A stretch of 64,000 bases of DNA, taken from the NCBI GenBank assembly GCA_965203555.1, contig CBDBCY010000004.1, positions 2,944,001 to 3,008,000 of the forward strand. Reading direction: 5' to 3'. The notes under the pieces were generated by a model. That model ran no database searches. It saw nothing but the letters and a program-made list of their open reading frames with translations, and was not told the origin of the DNA. The stretch is from Acidimicrobiia bacterium. Lineage in GTDB: Bacteria; Actinomycetota; Acidimicrobiia; Spongiisociales; ZC4RG35. Shown here in pieces: positions 36,793-46,063 of the stretch (position 1 is the first letter of the stretch; every line of letters starts with the position of its first letter). The position numbers and the translations under genes are program-made.

Positions 36793-39702
36793 ATGTTTTT
36801 CCCGGTAGGCGCCAGCCGCCAACAGCAACCACCCCGCCGACGTCGCTTTGTCTGGGTATTCGCCGGCATTGCTCTCATTTACGGTTTGTTCACTGCCCTG
36901 TCGCGGGTCTGGACCGACTATCTATGGTTCAGTTCGGTTGAACAAACCGGCGTCTGGTTGATCCGTTGGGTGTGGCTGGCCTTGCTGGGTCTGTTGGGTG
37001 CGCTGGTTGTCTTCGGCTTGATCTGGGGCAATATGAGACTGGCGCGGTTTCTGTCGGTCCGTTTAGCCTCCTTCAGCACGGCGCCCGAAGACCAATCAGT
37101 TGCTCAGATACGACAGGTGGTTGGGTCCAGGAGCAGGACGTTGGAGTGGGTGGCAGCCGTCGGCGCGGCGGTCGTGCTGGGTCTGGGAGTCTCCGCTTGG
37201 CGGGACCAGGCGCTGCTCTTCCTCAACTCCCAGCCCTTCGGTGTCACCGACCCCCAGTTCGGTCTGGATCTGTCTTTCTTCATGTTCCGGCTTCCCCTGT
37301 GGTCCACCATGGTCAGTTGGCTGACCGGGGTGGCCGTCGCCGCCCTGGTTACCGTTGCGGTCAGTTATTTCGCGCTGGGCGGAATCAGATTCCCGGTGCG
37401 CCGACTCCCCAGGTTCGACACCCAGGCCAAGGCCCATCTCTCCGCCCTGGCCGCGGTGATCGCCCTGCTCAGAGCGCTTTCCTACCGCATCGACACCTAC
37501 GAACTGCTTTATTCCAACAACAACGTCTTCGGCGCCGGATATGCCGACATCAACGCTCGTCTACCGGCCCTGAACCTGCTGATCGCAGTTTCGGTCTTCT
37601 CCGCCATCCTGTTCATCATCAATATCTGGCGAAGGGGCTGGGTGCTGGTGGCGGTCTCGGTGGCGGCCTGGCTATTTGTTTCCCTGGCCGCAGGGGTTGC
37701 GTACCCGGCCATCGTTCAGCGATTCCAGGTCCAGCCCAATGAACTGGTCCGGGAGGGCCCGTACATAGAACGCAACATCGAGGCCACCCGCGCCGCCTAC
37801 GGCTTGGACGAGGTGCAGGTGCGTCCGTTCGACGCTTCTTTCGATCTGGACGCCTCGGACATTGCTCGCAACGCTCCCACCATCGACAACGTCCGCCTTT
37901 GGGATCCTGACGTTCTCAACCGCACTTACCAGCAACTCCAGGAGATCCGGACCTATTACCGGGTGGATCACGTGGATACCGACCGATATCCCATAGAGGG
38001 AACCGACACCCAGGTGATGCTGGCGCTTCGGGAGTTGGACGAACCCAACATTCCCGCCCAGGATTGGCAGAACCAGCGGCTGGTCTACACCCACGGGTTC
38101 GGGGCGGTGCTCAGCCCGGCCAATGTGGTGGCGGTTGACGGTCAGCCTGACTTCCTGCTGCGGGACATCCCGCCCGAGACCACCGAGCCGATCTTGGATC
38201 TCACTCAACCTCGCATCTACTTCGGCGAGACCTATGAGCGTGATCGTCCGGTGATCGTTCGCTCCGGTGCTGAACCCCAGGAGATAGATTTCCCTGCCAG
38301 CGAGGAGGGCGGTTCGGCTGACAACCGCTACAACAACTACGAGGGAGAAGCCGGAGTCGAGATATCGGGTATTCTCAACCGGTTGGCGTTCGCTCTCCGT
38401 TATGGCGACCTCAACATCCTGATTTCCAGCCAGATCAACCCCGACAGCCGGGTGCTGATGCAGCGCAACGTTCAGAGTCGGGTTGAAGCGGTGGCGCCCT
38501 TCCTGGTAGCCGACGCGGACCCCTATCCGGTCGTTTTGGGCGGCGGGATTGTCTGGGTGGTCGACATGTACGCCATCAGCGGGGACTATCCCTATTCCCA
38601 GCCGATCGGCGTGGGTTTGAGGGGTTTTGACACCGCCCGTCTCTCGAGTGCTTCCCAACTCCCATTGTCGGGTTTCAACTACATCCGCAACTCGGTGAAG
38701 GCTACGGTCGACGCCTTTGACGGGACGATCACGCTTTATGTGGTGGACGAGTCCGATCCGCTGGTGGCCGCTTGGCGAGGGGTCTTTCCCGACCTGTTCA
38801 CCGACGCCGACGAGATTCCCCCCGGGTTGCACGAGCATTTCCGTTATCCCCAGGACCTGTTCAAGATCCAAAGCGAGTTGTATCTCGATTACCACATGGT
38901 GGATGTGACCCAGTTCTTCCAGCGCAACGACGCCTGGTCGATTCCTTCCGATCCTTCCACTATCCGGCGCATTGAACTTCTGCGGGGGGATCAGATCGTC
39001 GGTGCCGAAGCGGCGTTCCTCGACTACCTGGAGGAAATGCTTCCCTACTACCTGCTGATGACCCTTCCCGGCGAGGATGACACATCCTATGTCCTGCTGC
39101 AGCCCTACAACCCCTTGGAGAAGCCCAATATGTCGGCGTTCCTGATAGCCGACTCGAGTCCCGAAAGGTACGGCAGGCTGATCGACTACCGGATGCCCCA
39201 GGGGTCGTTGGTGGAGGGGACCGGCCAAGTGGGCAACCGGATCGACCAGGATGATGAAATCTCCCAGCAATTCACCCTGTGGCGCGGTCAGGGTTCCTCG
39301 GTGGTGCTTGGCGACATGCTGGTGGTGCCGGTTGACGAGTCGGTTCTGTACGTACAGCCCGTGTACCTGGAAGCCGAACAGGGAGGACTTCCCGAGTTCC
39401 GCCGGGTAGTGGTGGTGCACGGAGACGACATCGAGTGGGACGACACTTTGGACGGAGCGCTGGCCAAGATATTCGGGGCTGATGATCGGCCGGCGCCCAC
39501 CCCCGACGAAGAGGGCGTGGAAACTCCCCCGCCCGAAGAGACCACCCCCTTGCCCGGCACGGTGCAAGAGCTCCTGTCCGAGGCGTCAGATGCTTTTGAC
39601 CAGGCCGATGATGCGCTTCGCTCCGGCAACCTGGCCGAGTACCAGCGGCTGATCGAAAGAGCCGCCGAGTTGGTGCAGGAAGCCCTCAGGACTTCCGGCT
39701 GA
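36793..39702 (+). CDS. UPF0182-family integral membrane protein
   Basis: WTDYLWF, DPQFGLDLSFF, GAGYAD, V-x-PNE-x-x-RE-x-PYI-x-RNI-x-ATR-x-AYGL, YTHGFG, NYIRNSVK, RYP-x-DLF, LYVQPVY. Confidence 0.93.
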   Translation: MFFPVGASRQQQPPRRRRFVWVFAGIALIYGLFTALSRVWTDYLWFSSVEQTGVWLIRWVWLALLGLLGALVVFGLIWGNMRLARFLSVRLASFSTAPEDQSVAQIRQVVGSRSRTLEWVAAVGAAVVLGLGVSAWRDQALLFLNSQPFGVTDPQFGLDLSFFMFRLPLWSTMVSWLTGVAVAALVTVAVSYFALGGIRFPVRRLPRFDTQAKAHLSALAAVIALLRALSYRIDTYELLYSNNNVFGAGYADINARLPALNLLIAVSVFSAILFIINIWRRGWVLVAVSVAAWLFVSLAAGVAYPAIVQRFQVQPNELVREGPYIERNIEATRAAYGLDEVQVRPFDASFDLDASDIARNAPTIDNVRLWDPDVLNRTYQQLQEIRTYYRVDHVDTDRYPIEGTDTQVMLALRELDEPNIPAQDWQNQRLVYTHGFGAVLSPANVVAVDGQPDFLLRDIPPETTEPILDLTQPRIYFGETYERDRPVIVRSGAEPQEIDFPASEEGGSADNRYNNYEGEAGVEISGILNRLAFALRYGDLNILISSQINPDSRVLMQRNVQSRVEAVAPFLVADADPYPVVLGGGIVWVVDMYAISGDYPYSQPIGVGLRGFDTARLSSASQLPLSGFNYIRNSVKATVDAFDGTITLYVVDESDPLVAAWRGVFPDLFTDADEIPPGLHEHFRYPQDLFKIQSELYLDYHMVDVTQFFQRNDAWSIPSDPSTIRRIELLRGDQIVGAEAAFLDYLEEMLPYYLLMTLPGEDDTSYVLLQPYNPLEKPNMSAFLIADSSPERYGRLIDYRMPQGSLVEGTGQVGNRIDQDDEISQQFTLWRGQGSSVVLGDMLVVPVDESVLYVQPVYLEAEQGGLPEFRRVVVVHGDDIEWDDTLDGALAKIFGADDRPAPTPDEEGVETPPPEETTPLPGTVQELLSEASDAFDQADDALRSGNLAEYQRLIERAAELVQEALRTSG

Positions 39703-39805
39703 CGGGAATCCGGGGTCGGCGGATACACAAGGCCGGTCTGACCAGAGGACCGGTCCTATCCCGGTTGCGACCCGTGGAATTCCTCACTATGATCAACTCT
39801 CACAC

Positions 39806-39882
<77 letters not shown>

Positions 39883-40068
39883 ATCCCTCCAGTTCAAAGG
39901 GCTGCTCCGGTCCGTCTGTCGTGTAGGCAGGCCGAAAATGACACCGGAGTCTGCCCCTCAACTGTCGGCGTAGCCCGACGCATGTCCCCGGTCGCGACCT
40001 GTGCTAATGTGGAGAAAGTGTCTGGCGGCGAGGAAGGCGCTTGAGCGGCGCATGTTCGAGGTCTGGCG

Positions 40069-40632
40069 TTGAACGCGCACGGGAGAAGTGAAGGGCCGCT
40101 GGCGAACACCTACTGGGTTGTCCCGGGCCGTTTCGCGGCGGGGGAATATCCGGGCGCGTGGAACAGGGAAGAAGCCGCCGGCAAGTTGCGTACTCTGCTC
40201 CAAAAGGGCATCAACCACTTCATTGATCTGACCGAGGCGAATGAGGGGTTGGAACCCTATGCCGGGATCGTTGCGCGGGAAGCCGACCGACTTGATACGA
40301 AAGTCGTGCATGAGCGGCATCCCATCGTCGATGTGAGCGTGCCGAACAGTCCACGGGAGACAGCGGGCATCCTCGACGCCATCGACGCAGCGTTGGCTGA
40401 CGGCAAGAACATCTACGTGCACTGCTGGGGCGGTGTCGGCAGGACCGGCACCGTGGTCGGCTGCTGGCTGGTGCGCCATGGCGTGACGGGAGATGAGGCC
40501 TTGGCCCGGGTGGCGGATTGGTGGAGGGGAGTGCCCAAGGCGTACCGCCTCCCCCACTCGCCGCAAACACATGAGCAACGCGAGTACGTCCGTAACTGGG
40601 CCGAAACGACCGGAAAGCATTCGCCTGAGTGA
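40069..40632 (+). CDS. Dual-specificity/protein-tyrosine phosphatase (CX5R)
   Basis: Catalytic loop VHCWGGVGRTG, HPIVD-x-x-VP general-acid loop, SPQT-x-x-Q. Confidence 0.88.
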   Translation: MNAHGRSEGPLANTYWVVPGRFAAGEYPGAWNREEAAGKLRTLLQKGINHFIDLTEANEGLEPYAGIVAREADRLDTKVVHERHPIVDVSVPNSPRETAGILDAIDAALADGKNIYVHCWGGVGRTGTVVGCWLVRHGVTGDEALARVADWWRGVPKAYRLPHSPQTHEQREYVRNWAETTGKHSPE

Positions 40633-40663
40633 AGCCACTGCGATGATTACACGCAGTGGCTTT
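40632..40663 (+). terminator. Stem-loop directly after the phosphatase stop codon
   Basis: AAGCCACTGCG-9 nt loop-CGCAGTGGCTT is a perfect 11-bp stem, with only a short T tail. Confidence 0.55.
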
Positions 40664-40795
40664 CCGAGTTATCGCGGCGCAAACGGAACAGGTCGCGCGC
40701 CAGGGGGTGGGGCTTGCCATCTGGTGGGGTGCGCTGTCTCGGACCGTCCTGGGATGCGTACCTTTGGAAAGGCTGGGAAATATAGATCCACTTTA

Positions 40796-40978
40796 AAAGT
40801 GCAGAAAAAAGTGCTTCCCTTAGGAAAATGCAGGATGGACTCCAGAAATATTGCTGGATAAGTTGCCGGATTTTTGTAGGATATTTAAGATATCTCCAAA
40901 ATTGTAGGATGGTTCTCAAGAATTCTGTAGAATAAATCCTCTGATTTTTGTAGAATAGATTGGTGCCTTTTGTAAAGA
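40796..40978. repeat. AT-rich array of about 8 degenerate WWWTGYAGRAT units with ~23-bp period and a 74-bp higher-order repeat
   Basis: TGYAG-like cores at 40800, 40829, 40852, 40875, 40903, 40926, 40949 and 40971. Segment 40825-40883 matches 40899-40957 at 40/59 positions without gaps. Confidence 0.8.
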
Positions 40979-42279
40979 GATCCCCTTTGAATACATATTC
41001 AAAAATATCATCTCCTCCGCCGACTTACCGTGACCGGGTTGTCGATCATGAAATTCCGGCTGTCCTCAAGGCGGCGCGGGCCGTGCTCATCGAAGGCCCC
41101 AAGGCATGTGGTAAGACTTGGACCGGACAGCGCTTCGCTCGAAGCGAGGTGTTCCTGGAGGAACGTCCCGACCTCTGGGGGATAGCGACCCAGGCTACGG
41201 GGTTGTTGTTAGAGGGCGCCACTCCTCGTCTCCTCGACGAGTGGCAAAGGGTTCCCGATCTGTGGCACTTGGTGCGCGCGGCATGCGACCGACGGGGATT
41301 GGCGGGGCAGTTCATCCTTACCGGTTCCGCGGTTCCCCCTGATGAATTCACCCGACACTCCGGGGCAGGACGCATCAGCCGGGTGCGGATGCGCCCGATG
41401 TCGCTGTACGAAATGGGACTGTCCACCGCAGTGGCGTCTGTCGGAGGGATGCTGGAGGCTCTGCAAGCGTGGGATTGCCCTGTTGTGGAAGCGGATTTGG
41501 ATGTGCCGGATCTGGTGTATGCGGTATGTCGCGGTGGCTGGCCGCAGTTCATCGATCTGTCTGTGGAGGAGGCTATGGGGCAGATCCGAAGTTATGTGGA
41601 CAATATCTGCCGCGTGGACATGTCCGCGGTGGACGGTGTCCGGAGAAGCCCCGAGAGGGTGATGCGTCTGATGCAGTCCCTGGCGCGCAATGTCGCCAAT
41701 CATGTCGGCATCGACAGGCTCGCCAAGGAGACCGAGGGCCAGATCCCACTGGACCGGAGCACGGTCAAGACCTACATGGAGACGTTGAGCCGCCTGTTCG
41801 TAGTCGAAGATCTACCCGCCTGGAATGTTCATCTTCGGTCAAGGGCTCGTCTTCTCAAGGCGCCTAAACGGCATTTCGTAGACCCGTCCCTGGCACCTGC
41901 CTCCCTGGGAGTCGGCCCGCAGAGATACCTGGACGACCTGAATGCCTTCGGGTTCCTGTTCGAATCGATGGCCGTGCGAGACCTGCGCATCTACGCCCAA
42001 GCCCACGACGCCTCCGTCTACTACTACCGCGACTACGGTGGTCTGGAGGTGGACGCAGTGGTCGAGACCAGAGACGGACGATGGTCGGCGGTGGAGGTGA
42101 AGCTGGGCGGCGCCAAGGCCATCGACCGGGCGGCCGCCACGTTGCTGAAACTCCGGGACCGGGTCACCGAGCAACGGGCTGCCAACTTAGCCCAGTTGGT
42201 GGTGATCACCGGAGGACGATACAGCTACCGGCGTCCTGACGGAGTGGCCATCGTTCCCCTGGCGGCGCTGGGGCCGTAA
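40960..42279 (+). CDS. AAA_14-type ATPase with DUF4143 / PD-(D/E)xK nuclease-like C-terminus
   Basis: Walker A GPKACGKT, LLDEWQ, FILTGS, SGAGR, GGWP, PK-x-x-F-x-DP, GFLFES, EVDAVVE...AVEVKLG. Start may be TTG 40987. Confidence 0.88.
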   Translation: MVPFVKRSPLNTYSKISSPPPTYRDRVVDHEIPAVLKAARAVLIEGPKACGKTWTGQRFARSEVFLEERPDLWGIATQATGLLLEGATPRLLDEWQRVPDLWHLVRAACDRRGLAGQFILTGSAVPPDEFTRHSGAGRISRVRMRPMSLYEMGLSTAVASVGGMLEALQAWDCPVVEADLDVPDLVYAVCRGGWPQFIDLSVEEAMGQIRSYVDNICRVDMSAVDGVRRSPERVMRLMQSLARNVANHVGIDRLAKETEGQIPLDRSTVKTYMETLSRLFVVEDLPAWNVHLRSRARLLKAPKRHFVDPSLAPASLGVGPQRYLDDLNAFGFLFESMAVRDLRIYAQAHDASVYYYRDYGGLEVDAVVETRDGRWSAVEVKLGGAKAIDRAAATLLKLRDRVTEQRAANLAQLVVITGGRYSYRRPDGVAIVPLAALGP

Positions 42280-42328
42280 ACGGGCCTTGACCGGATCGAT
42301 TTTTCCTTTACGATCCGACCGGTCGGGA

Positions 42329-42970
42329 TCACCACACAGGCTCGACGTCGAGTTCTTCCAGGAGGGTGCGGACCCGTTGTTCGAGGTCCTCGCGGATGGG
42401 ACGGATCTCATCCAGGGTTTTTCCAGACGGGTCATCGACTTCCCAGTCTATGTAACGCTTGCCGGGGTAGATGGGACAGGCGTCACCGCATCCCATCGTC
42501 ACCACCACGTCGGCGGCGCGTACTATCTCATCCGACCACGGTTGGGGAATCTCGCCCCGGATATTGATCCCCCTTTCCAGCATGGCCTGGGCGGCGGTTT
42601 GGTTGATGTCCTCGGCGGGCTCCGATCCGCCGGTGAATACGTCTATTTTGCCTCCCGACAGCAGGCGCATGTACCCCGCCGCCATCTGCGATCGTCCGGC
42701 ATTGTGTACGCACAGGAACAGGACACTGGGGTTCAACAGGGTGGGATTGGTCTGCAGACGCACCATCGCCCGGAGTCTTTCGCCGGCGAATCTCTCGGCC
42801 AGGAGCGCGATCCAAGTGGTGGTGGTGGCCTTTTCCATCAAACGGTCCAGAGAGTCGGTCATGAAACGCTCGATGGTTTCGGCGTTGAGCTTGCCTTTGA
42901 ACTGATCCTGCAGCCTGACCGCGGCTTGGCTTAGCAGGAGCTTTTCCTCGGTTGAGAGTTCGGCTGACAC
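42329..42970 (-). CDS. arsC: Arsenate reductase (LMW-PTP fold) with N-terminal three-helix extension
   Basis: VLFLCVHNAGRSQMA, VTMGCGDACP, DW-x-x-DDP-x-GK. N-terminal helical segment LLAERFAGERL. Confidence 0.88.
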   Translation of the reverse strand: MSAELSTEEKLLLSQAAVRLQDQFKGKLNAETIERFMTDSLDRLMEKATTTTWIALLAERFAGERLRAMVRLQTNPTLLNPSVLFLCVHNAGRSQMAAGYMRLLSGGKIDVFTGGSEPAEDINQTAAQAMLERGINIRGEIPQPWSDEIVRAADVVVTMGCGDACPIYPGKRYIDWEVDDPSGKTLDEIRPIREDLEQRVRTLLEELDVEPVW

Positions 42971-42983
42971 GGTGGGAGCTCCT

Positions 42984-43670
42984 TTACTGGGTTGGTCGCG
43001 GGTCGGAGGGGGTCCTGGTTGCCTGGATCAGCCGCTCCATCCGGCCGGTGATCTCTGCGAACGATCTTCGGAATGCCGACATATCGTTGTGGGAGACGGG
43101 GTCGGGCACGGACCAGTGAAGCCGGGGGGCATTGAAGCGTGCGCCGGACTCACGGGCGCGGTCGCAGACCGAGACCACCAGATCCGGGCGCCGGTCGATC
43201 TGCTGGTAACCCCGGGGGAGAGCACGGCTGAGATCGATGCCCAGCTCGGCCGCAGCTTCGATGGCCCGTGGATGCACCATCGTCGCCGGTTGCGTGCCAG
43301 CGCTGAGTTCGGGATTGCCGGTTCGCTGTTTCCACAAAGCCGCCGCGTACTGGGAGCGGGCTGAGTTATGGACGCAGACGAACAGTACCCGAGTGGCGGC
43401 CAGGGCCGGGGTGGTCATCAGGTCGATCAAGCGCCCGTGCAGAAGCGACACGTATCGCCGTCTCCCATCGCCCTCGGACATCCGGCGTTCCACCAGGCCG
43501 GCGTTCTGGAGGACCTTCAGGTGGTGGGACAGAAGGTTGCTCTCCAGGCCGGTGATCTTCTTGAGTTCTGCCACTCCCAGGTCGCCCAGCGCCAGGGCAT
43601 CCACCACCACCAGCCGGACCGGGTCGCCCAACGCGGAGTGGACGGCGGCTCTTTCTTTCAAAGGCAACAT
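42984..43670 (-). CDS. ArsR-type HTH fused to an LMW-PTP/ArsC-like domain
   Basis: ALGDPVRL...SNLLSHHLKVL...DGRRRYV, followed by VLFVCVHNSARSQ and HWSVPDP. Confidence 0.87.
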   Translation of the reverse strand: MLPLKERAAVHSALGDPVRLVVVDALALGDLGVAELKKITGLESNLLSHHLKVLQNAGLVERRMSEGDGRRRYVSLLHGRLIDLMTTPALAATRVLFVCVHNSARSQYAAALWKQRTGNPELSAGTQPATMVHPRAIEAAAELGIDLSRALPRGYQQIDRRPDLVVSVCDRARESGARFNAPRLHWSVPDPVSHNDMSAFRRSFAEITGRMERLIQATRTPSDPRPTQ

Positions 43671-43848
43671 TTAATTCAAAGTTTACTGAGACAAAACAAT
43701 TTGATACAAATGGAAGGGAGAGTGGAGAACTGCGGTCGATCACCTGTGACAGGACATGTCATCCGGGCCGATAGAGGCACTCTCGGGTAACGCTTTGGCA
43801 TAGGAACGGCCCGCAAATATGATGAAACCTTGAAGTGAAAGGGGCCCG

Positions 43849-44739
43849 ATGCTGGAATTGAACCGGCTTTCCAAGCGTTACGGGGAGATCCAGGCTCTCG
43901 ACGAGTGCAGCTTCCGGGTGGAGCGGGGACGGATGCTCGGGTTCCTGGGTCCCAACGGAGCGGGAAAGACCACCGCCATGCGGTCGGTGTTCAATCTGGT
44001 GCGCCTGGACGGGGGCTCGGTCAGGTGGAGAGGCAATGCCGTCGGTCAGTTTGAACGACTTCGGTTCGGCTACATGCCCGAGCAGCGGGGTTTGTACCCG
44101 AAGATGAAGATCGGTCGCCAACTCGCCTACCTGGGACGCATCCACGGCATGACCGCGTCGGAGGCCGGCACCGCCGCCGGGCGATGGCTGGAAGAATTCG
44201 GCCTGTCGGACAGGATCAAGGACCCCCTGGAGAAGCTGTCCCACGGCAACCAGCAGCGAGTCCAGTTGGCGGCGGCCTTGATCCATGATCCCGAATTGCT
44301 GGTGTTGGATGAGCCGTTCAGCGGTCTCGATCCGTTCGGGGTGGAAACTATGGCCGACATCCTCCGGACCCGGGCCGCGGCCGGGGCGGCGGTGGTGTTT
44401 TCGAGCCACCAACTGGATATGGTGGAGGATCTGTGCCAGGACGTGGCGATCATCAACCGGGGCAGGGTTGTCATGGCGGGAGACGTTCGCCAACTCAAGA
44501 TGGACTCTCCGTACTGGATTATCGAAGTGGAGACTGGAACCGGAGATCCAAAACGGTTGAGTCGGCTCGATACGGTGGTCTCGGTGGATTTCGACGGTTA
44601 CCGTCACCGCATCGTGGTGAGGAAGGGCGGAGATCTGAGTGATCTGGTCTCCCGACTCGATCTGGGAGGAGATGTGCGCCACTTCACCTTTTCGGCCCCC
44701 TCGCTCTCCGAACTCTTCCGCGAGGCGGTGACCGGATGA
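43849..44739 (+). CDS. ABC transporter ATP-binding protein (NatA/YhaQ-like)
   Basis: GPNGAGKT, GYMPEQRGLY, LSHGNQQR, LDEPFSGLD, FSSH. Confidence 0.92.
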   Translation: MLELNRLSKRYGEIQALDECSFRVERGRMLGFLGPNGAGKTTAMRSVFNLVRLDGGSVRWRGNAVGQFERLRFGYMPEQRGLYPKMKIGRQLAYLGRIHGMTASEAGTAAGRWLEEFGLSDRIKDPLEKLSHGNQQRVQLAAALIHDPELLVLDEPFSGLDPFGVETMADILRTRAAAGAAVVFSSHQLDMVEDLCQDVAIINRGRVVMAGDVRQLKMDSPYWIIEVETGTGDPKRLSRLDTVVSVDFDGYRHRIVVRKGGDLSDLVSRLDLGGDVRHFTFSAPSLSELFREAVTG

Positions 44740-45932
44740 TGTCCTGGAAGGCGATCCGGCTGGTCATGGCCAGAGAGATCAGGGAGCGGTCCCGGTCGGG
44801 GGCATTCATCGCCTCGGTGGTGATGACTCTCCTTTTCGTGGCCGCCATCCTGTTGCTGCCGCTCATTTTCGCCGATGACGACATTCACTACGAGTTGGGA
44901 GTGGTGGGGGAGGGCAACCAGGCGATTGTCGATGCCGCCCTAACGCTGGCCAACTACGAAGGAAGGCAGGTGAGAACCACGATCGATGTGACCACCTACG
45001 CATCCCGGGAAGCCGCGGAGAGAGCGGCGGACAGCGAGGAGATGGACGGGGCATTGGTTGATGGCAGGGAGTTGGTGGTGCGAGGTGCGGGCGGGGATGC
45101 CGGCAGTGATCTCCTGGCGCTTTTGCAGAGCGGCGCCCGCTCCGTTCAGATCGAAGGCTTGGTGGCGTCCGGACAGGGTGAGGTCGTCGCCATTCTCACA
45201 TCCGCTCCCCTGGGAGTCAGGTACCTTTCGGGCGCCGATCCGGCGGAGAACACCGAGCGGTCGGTGGTTGCCTTCGGGGGGCTGTTCCTGCTGTATATTG
45301 CGGTGCTTCTGTACGGATCGTTGATTTTGACGGGCGTCACCGAGGAAAAGACCAACCGAGTGGTGGAAGTGCTACTCGCCGCCTTCGAGCCGTGGCAGCT
45401 TTTGGCCGGAAAGATCATCGGCATCGGACTTCTCGGGTTGGCTCAGTTCGTGGGGACGGTGCTGATCGCTCTGGTGGGAGTCGAATTGACCAGCGTCTTC
45501 GACTTGCCGCAGTTCCCGATCGACAGCGTGGCTGTGCTGGTGCTTTGGTTCATCCTGGGATACTCCCTATTCGCGGTGGTGTTCGGCGCCGCCGGTGCGT
45601 TGGTTTCGCGGGCCGAGGATGCACAAAGCGTGGTCGCCCCGATCTCCCTGGTGGCGGTGGCCGGTTTCTTCATTGCCATCCAAGCCGTGGAGAATCCCAC
45701 CAGCACGTTGTCGGTGGTGACGACATTCATTCCGCCGGTTGCCCCCTTCGTGGTTCCGGTCCGCTTCGCCTTCCAGGCCGTCCCACTCTGGCAGTTCGCC
45801 GTTTCGGTGGGCCTGATGGTCCTCACCATCGTCGTCATGATCCGCTTGGCGGGGCGAGTGTACCTGGGTGGATTACTGCGATTCGGAGGCAAGGTCGGCA
45901 TCCGGGAGGCGTTCCGTACGGCCGAATTGTAA
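44736..45932 (+). CDS. ABC transporter permease (NatB/YhaP-like)
   Basis: GVTEEKTNRVVEVLL...GKIIG and multiple TM segments. ATGA overlap. Confidence 0.9.
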   Translation: MMSWKAIRLVMAREIRERSRSGAFIASVVMTLLFVAAILLLPLIFADDDIHYELGVVGEGNQAIVDAALTLANYEGRQVRTTIDVTTYASREAAERAADSEEMDGALVDGRELVVRGAGGDAGSDLLALLQSGARSVQIEGLVASGQGEVVAILTSAPLGVRYLSGADPAENTERSVVAFGGLFLLYIAVLLYGSLILTGVTEEKTNRVVEVLLAAFEPWQLLAGKIIGIGLLGLAQFVGTVLIALVGVELTSVFDLPQFPIDSVAVLVLWFILGYSLFAVVFGAAGALVSRAEDAQSVVAPISLVAVAGFFIAIQAVENPTSTLSVVTTFIPPVAPFVVPVRFAFQAVPLWQFAVSVGLMVLTIVVMIRLAGRVYLGGLLRFGGKVGIREAFRTAEL

Positions 45933-46063
45933 AGATCCGGCGCAGCCAGAGGGTGTGTGAAAACCGGCGGCGCAACACGTCAGGGGGTGGGGCGACGGTC
46001 ACGAGGTCGGCGACGCAACTCTGTCACACCCCCGTATTAAGGTTAGGTACGGATGAGGTTCGC

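Noticed and set aside
37672-39567. 631-aa antisense ORF (also 11977-13551, 14197-15519, 53359-54630 and similar)
   Set aside because: Antisense shadows of well-supported genes, expected in high-GC coding DNA, with no recognisable motifs.
40796-40978. CRISPR array
   Set aside because: The units are ~11-nt degenerate cores with ~12-nt gaps, far shorter than CRISPR repeats and spacers, and there are no cas genes in the window.
45392-46063. 633-aa ORF as listed in the track
   Set aside because: The N-terminal part overlaps the permease gene in another frame and is Arg/Gly-rich shadow sequence; recognisable motifs begin near 46090.
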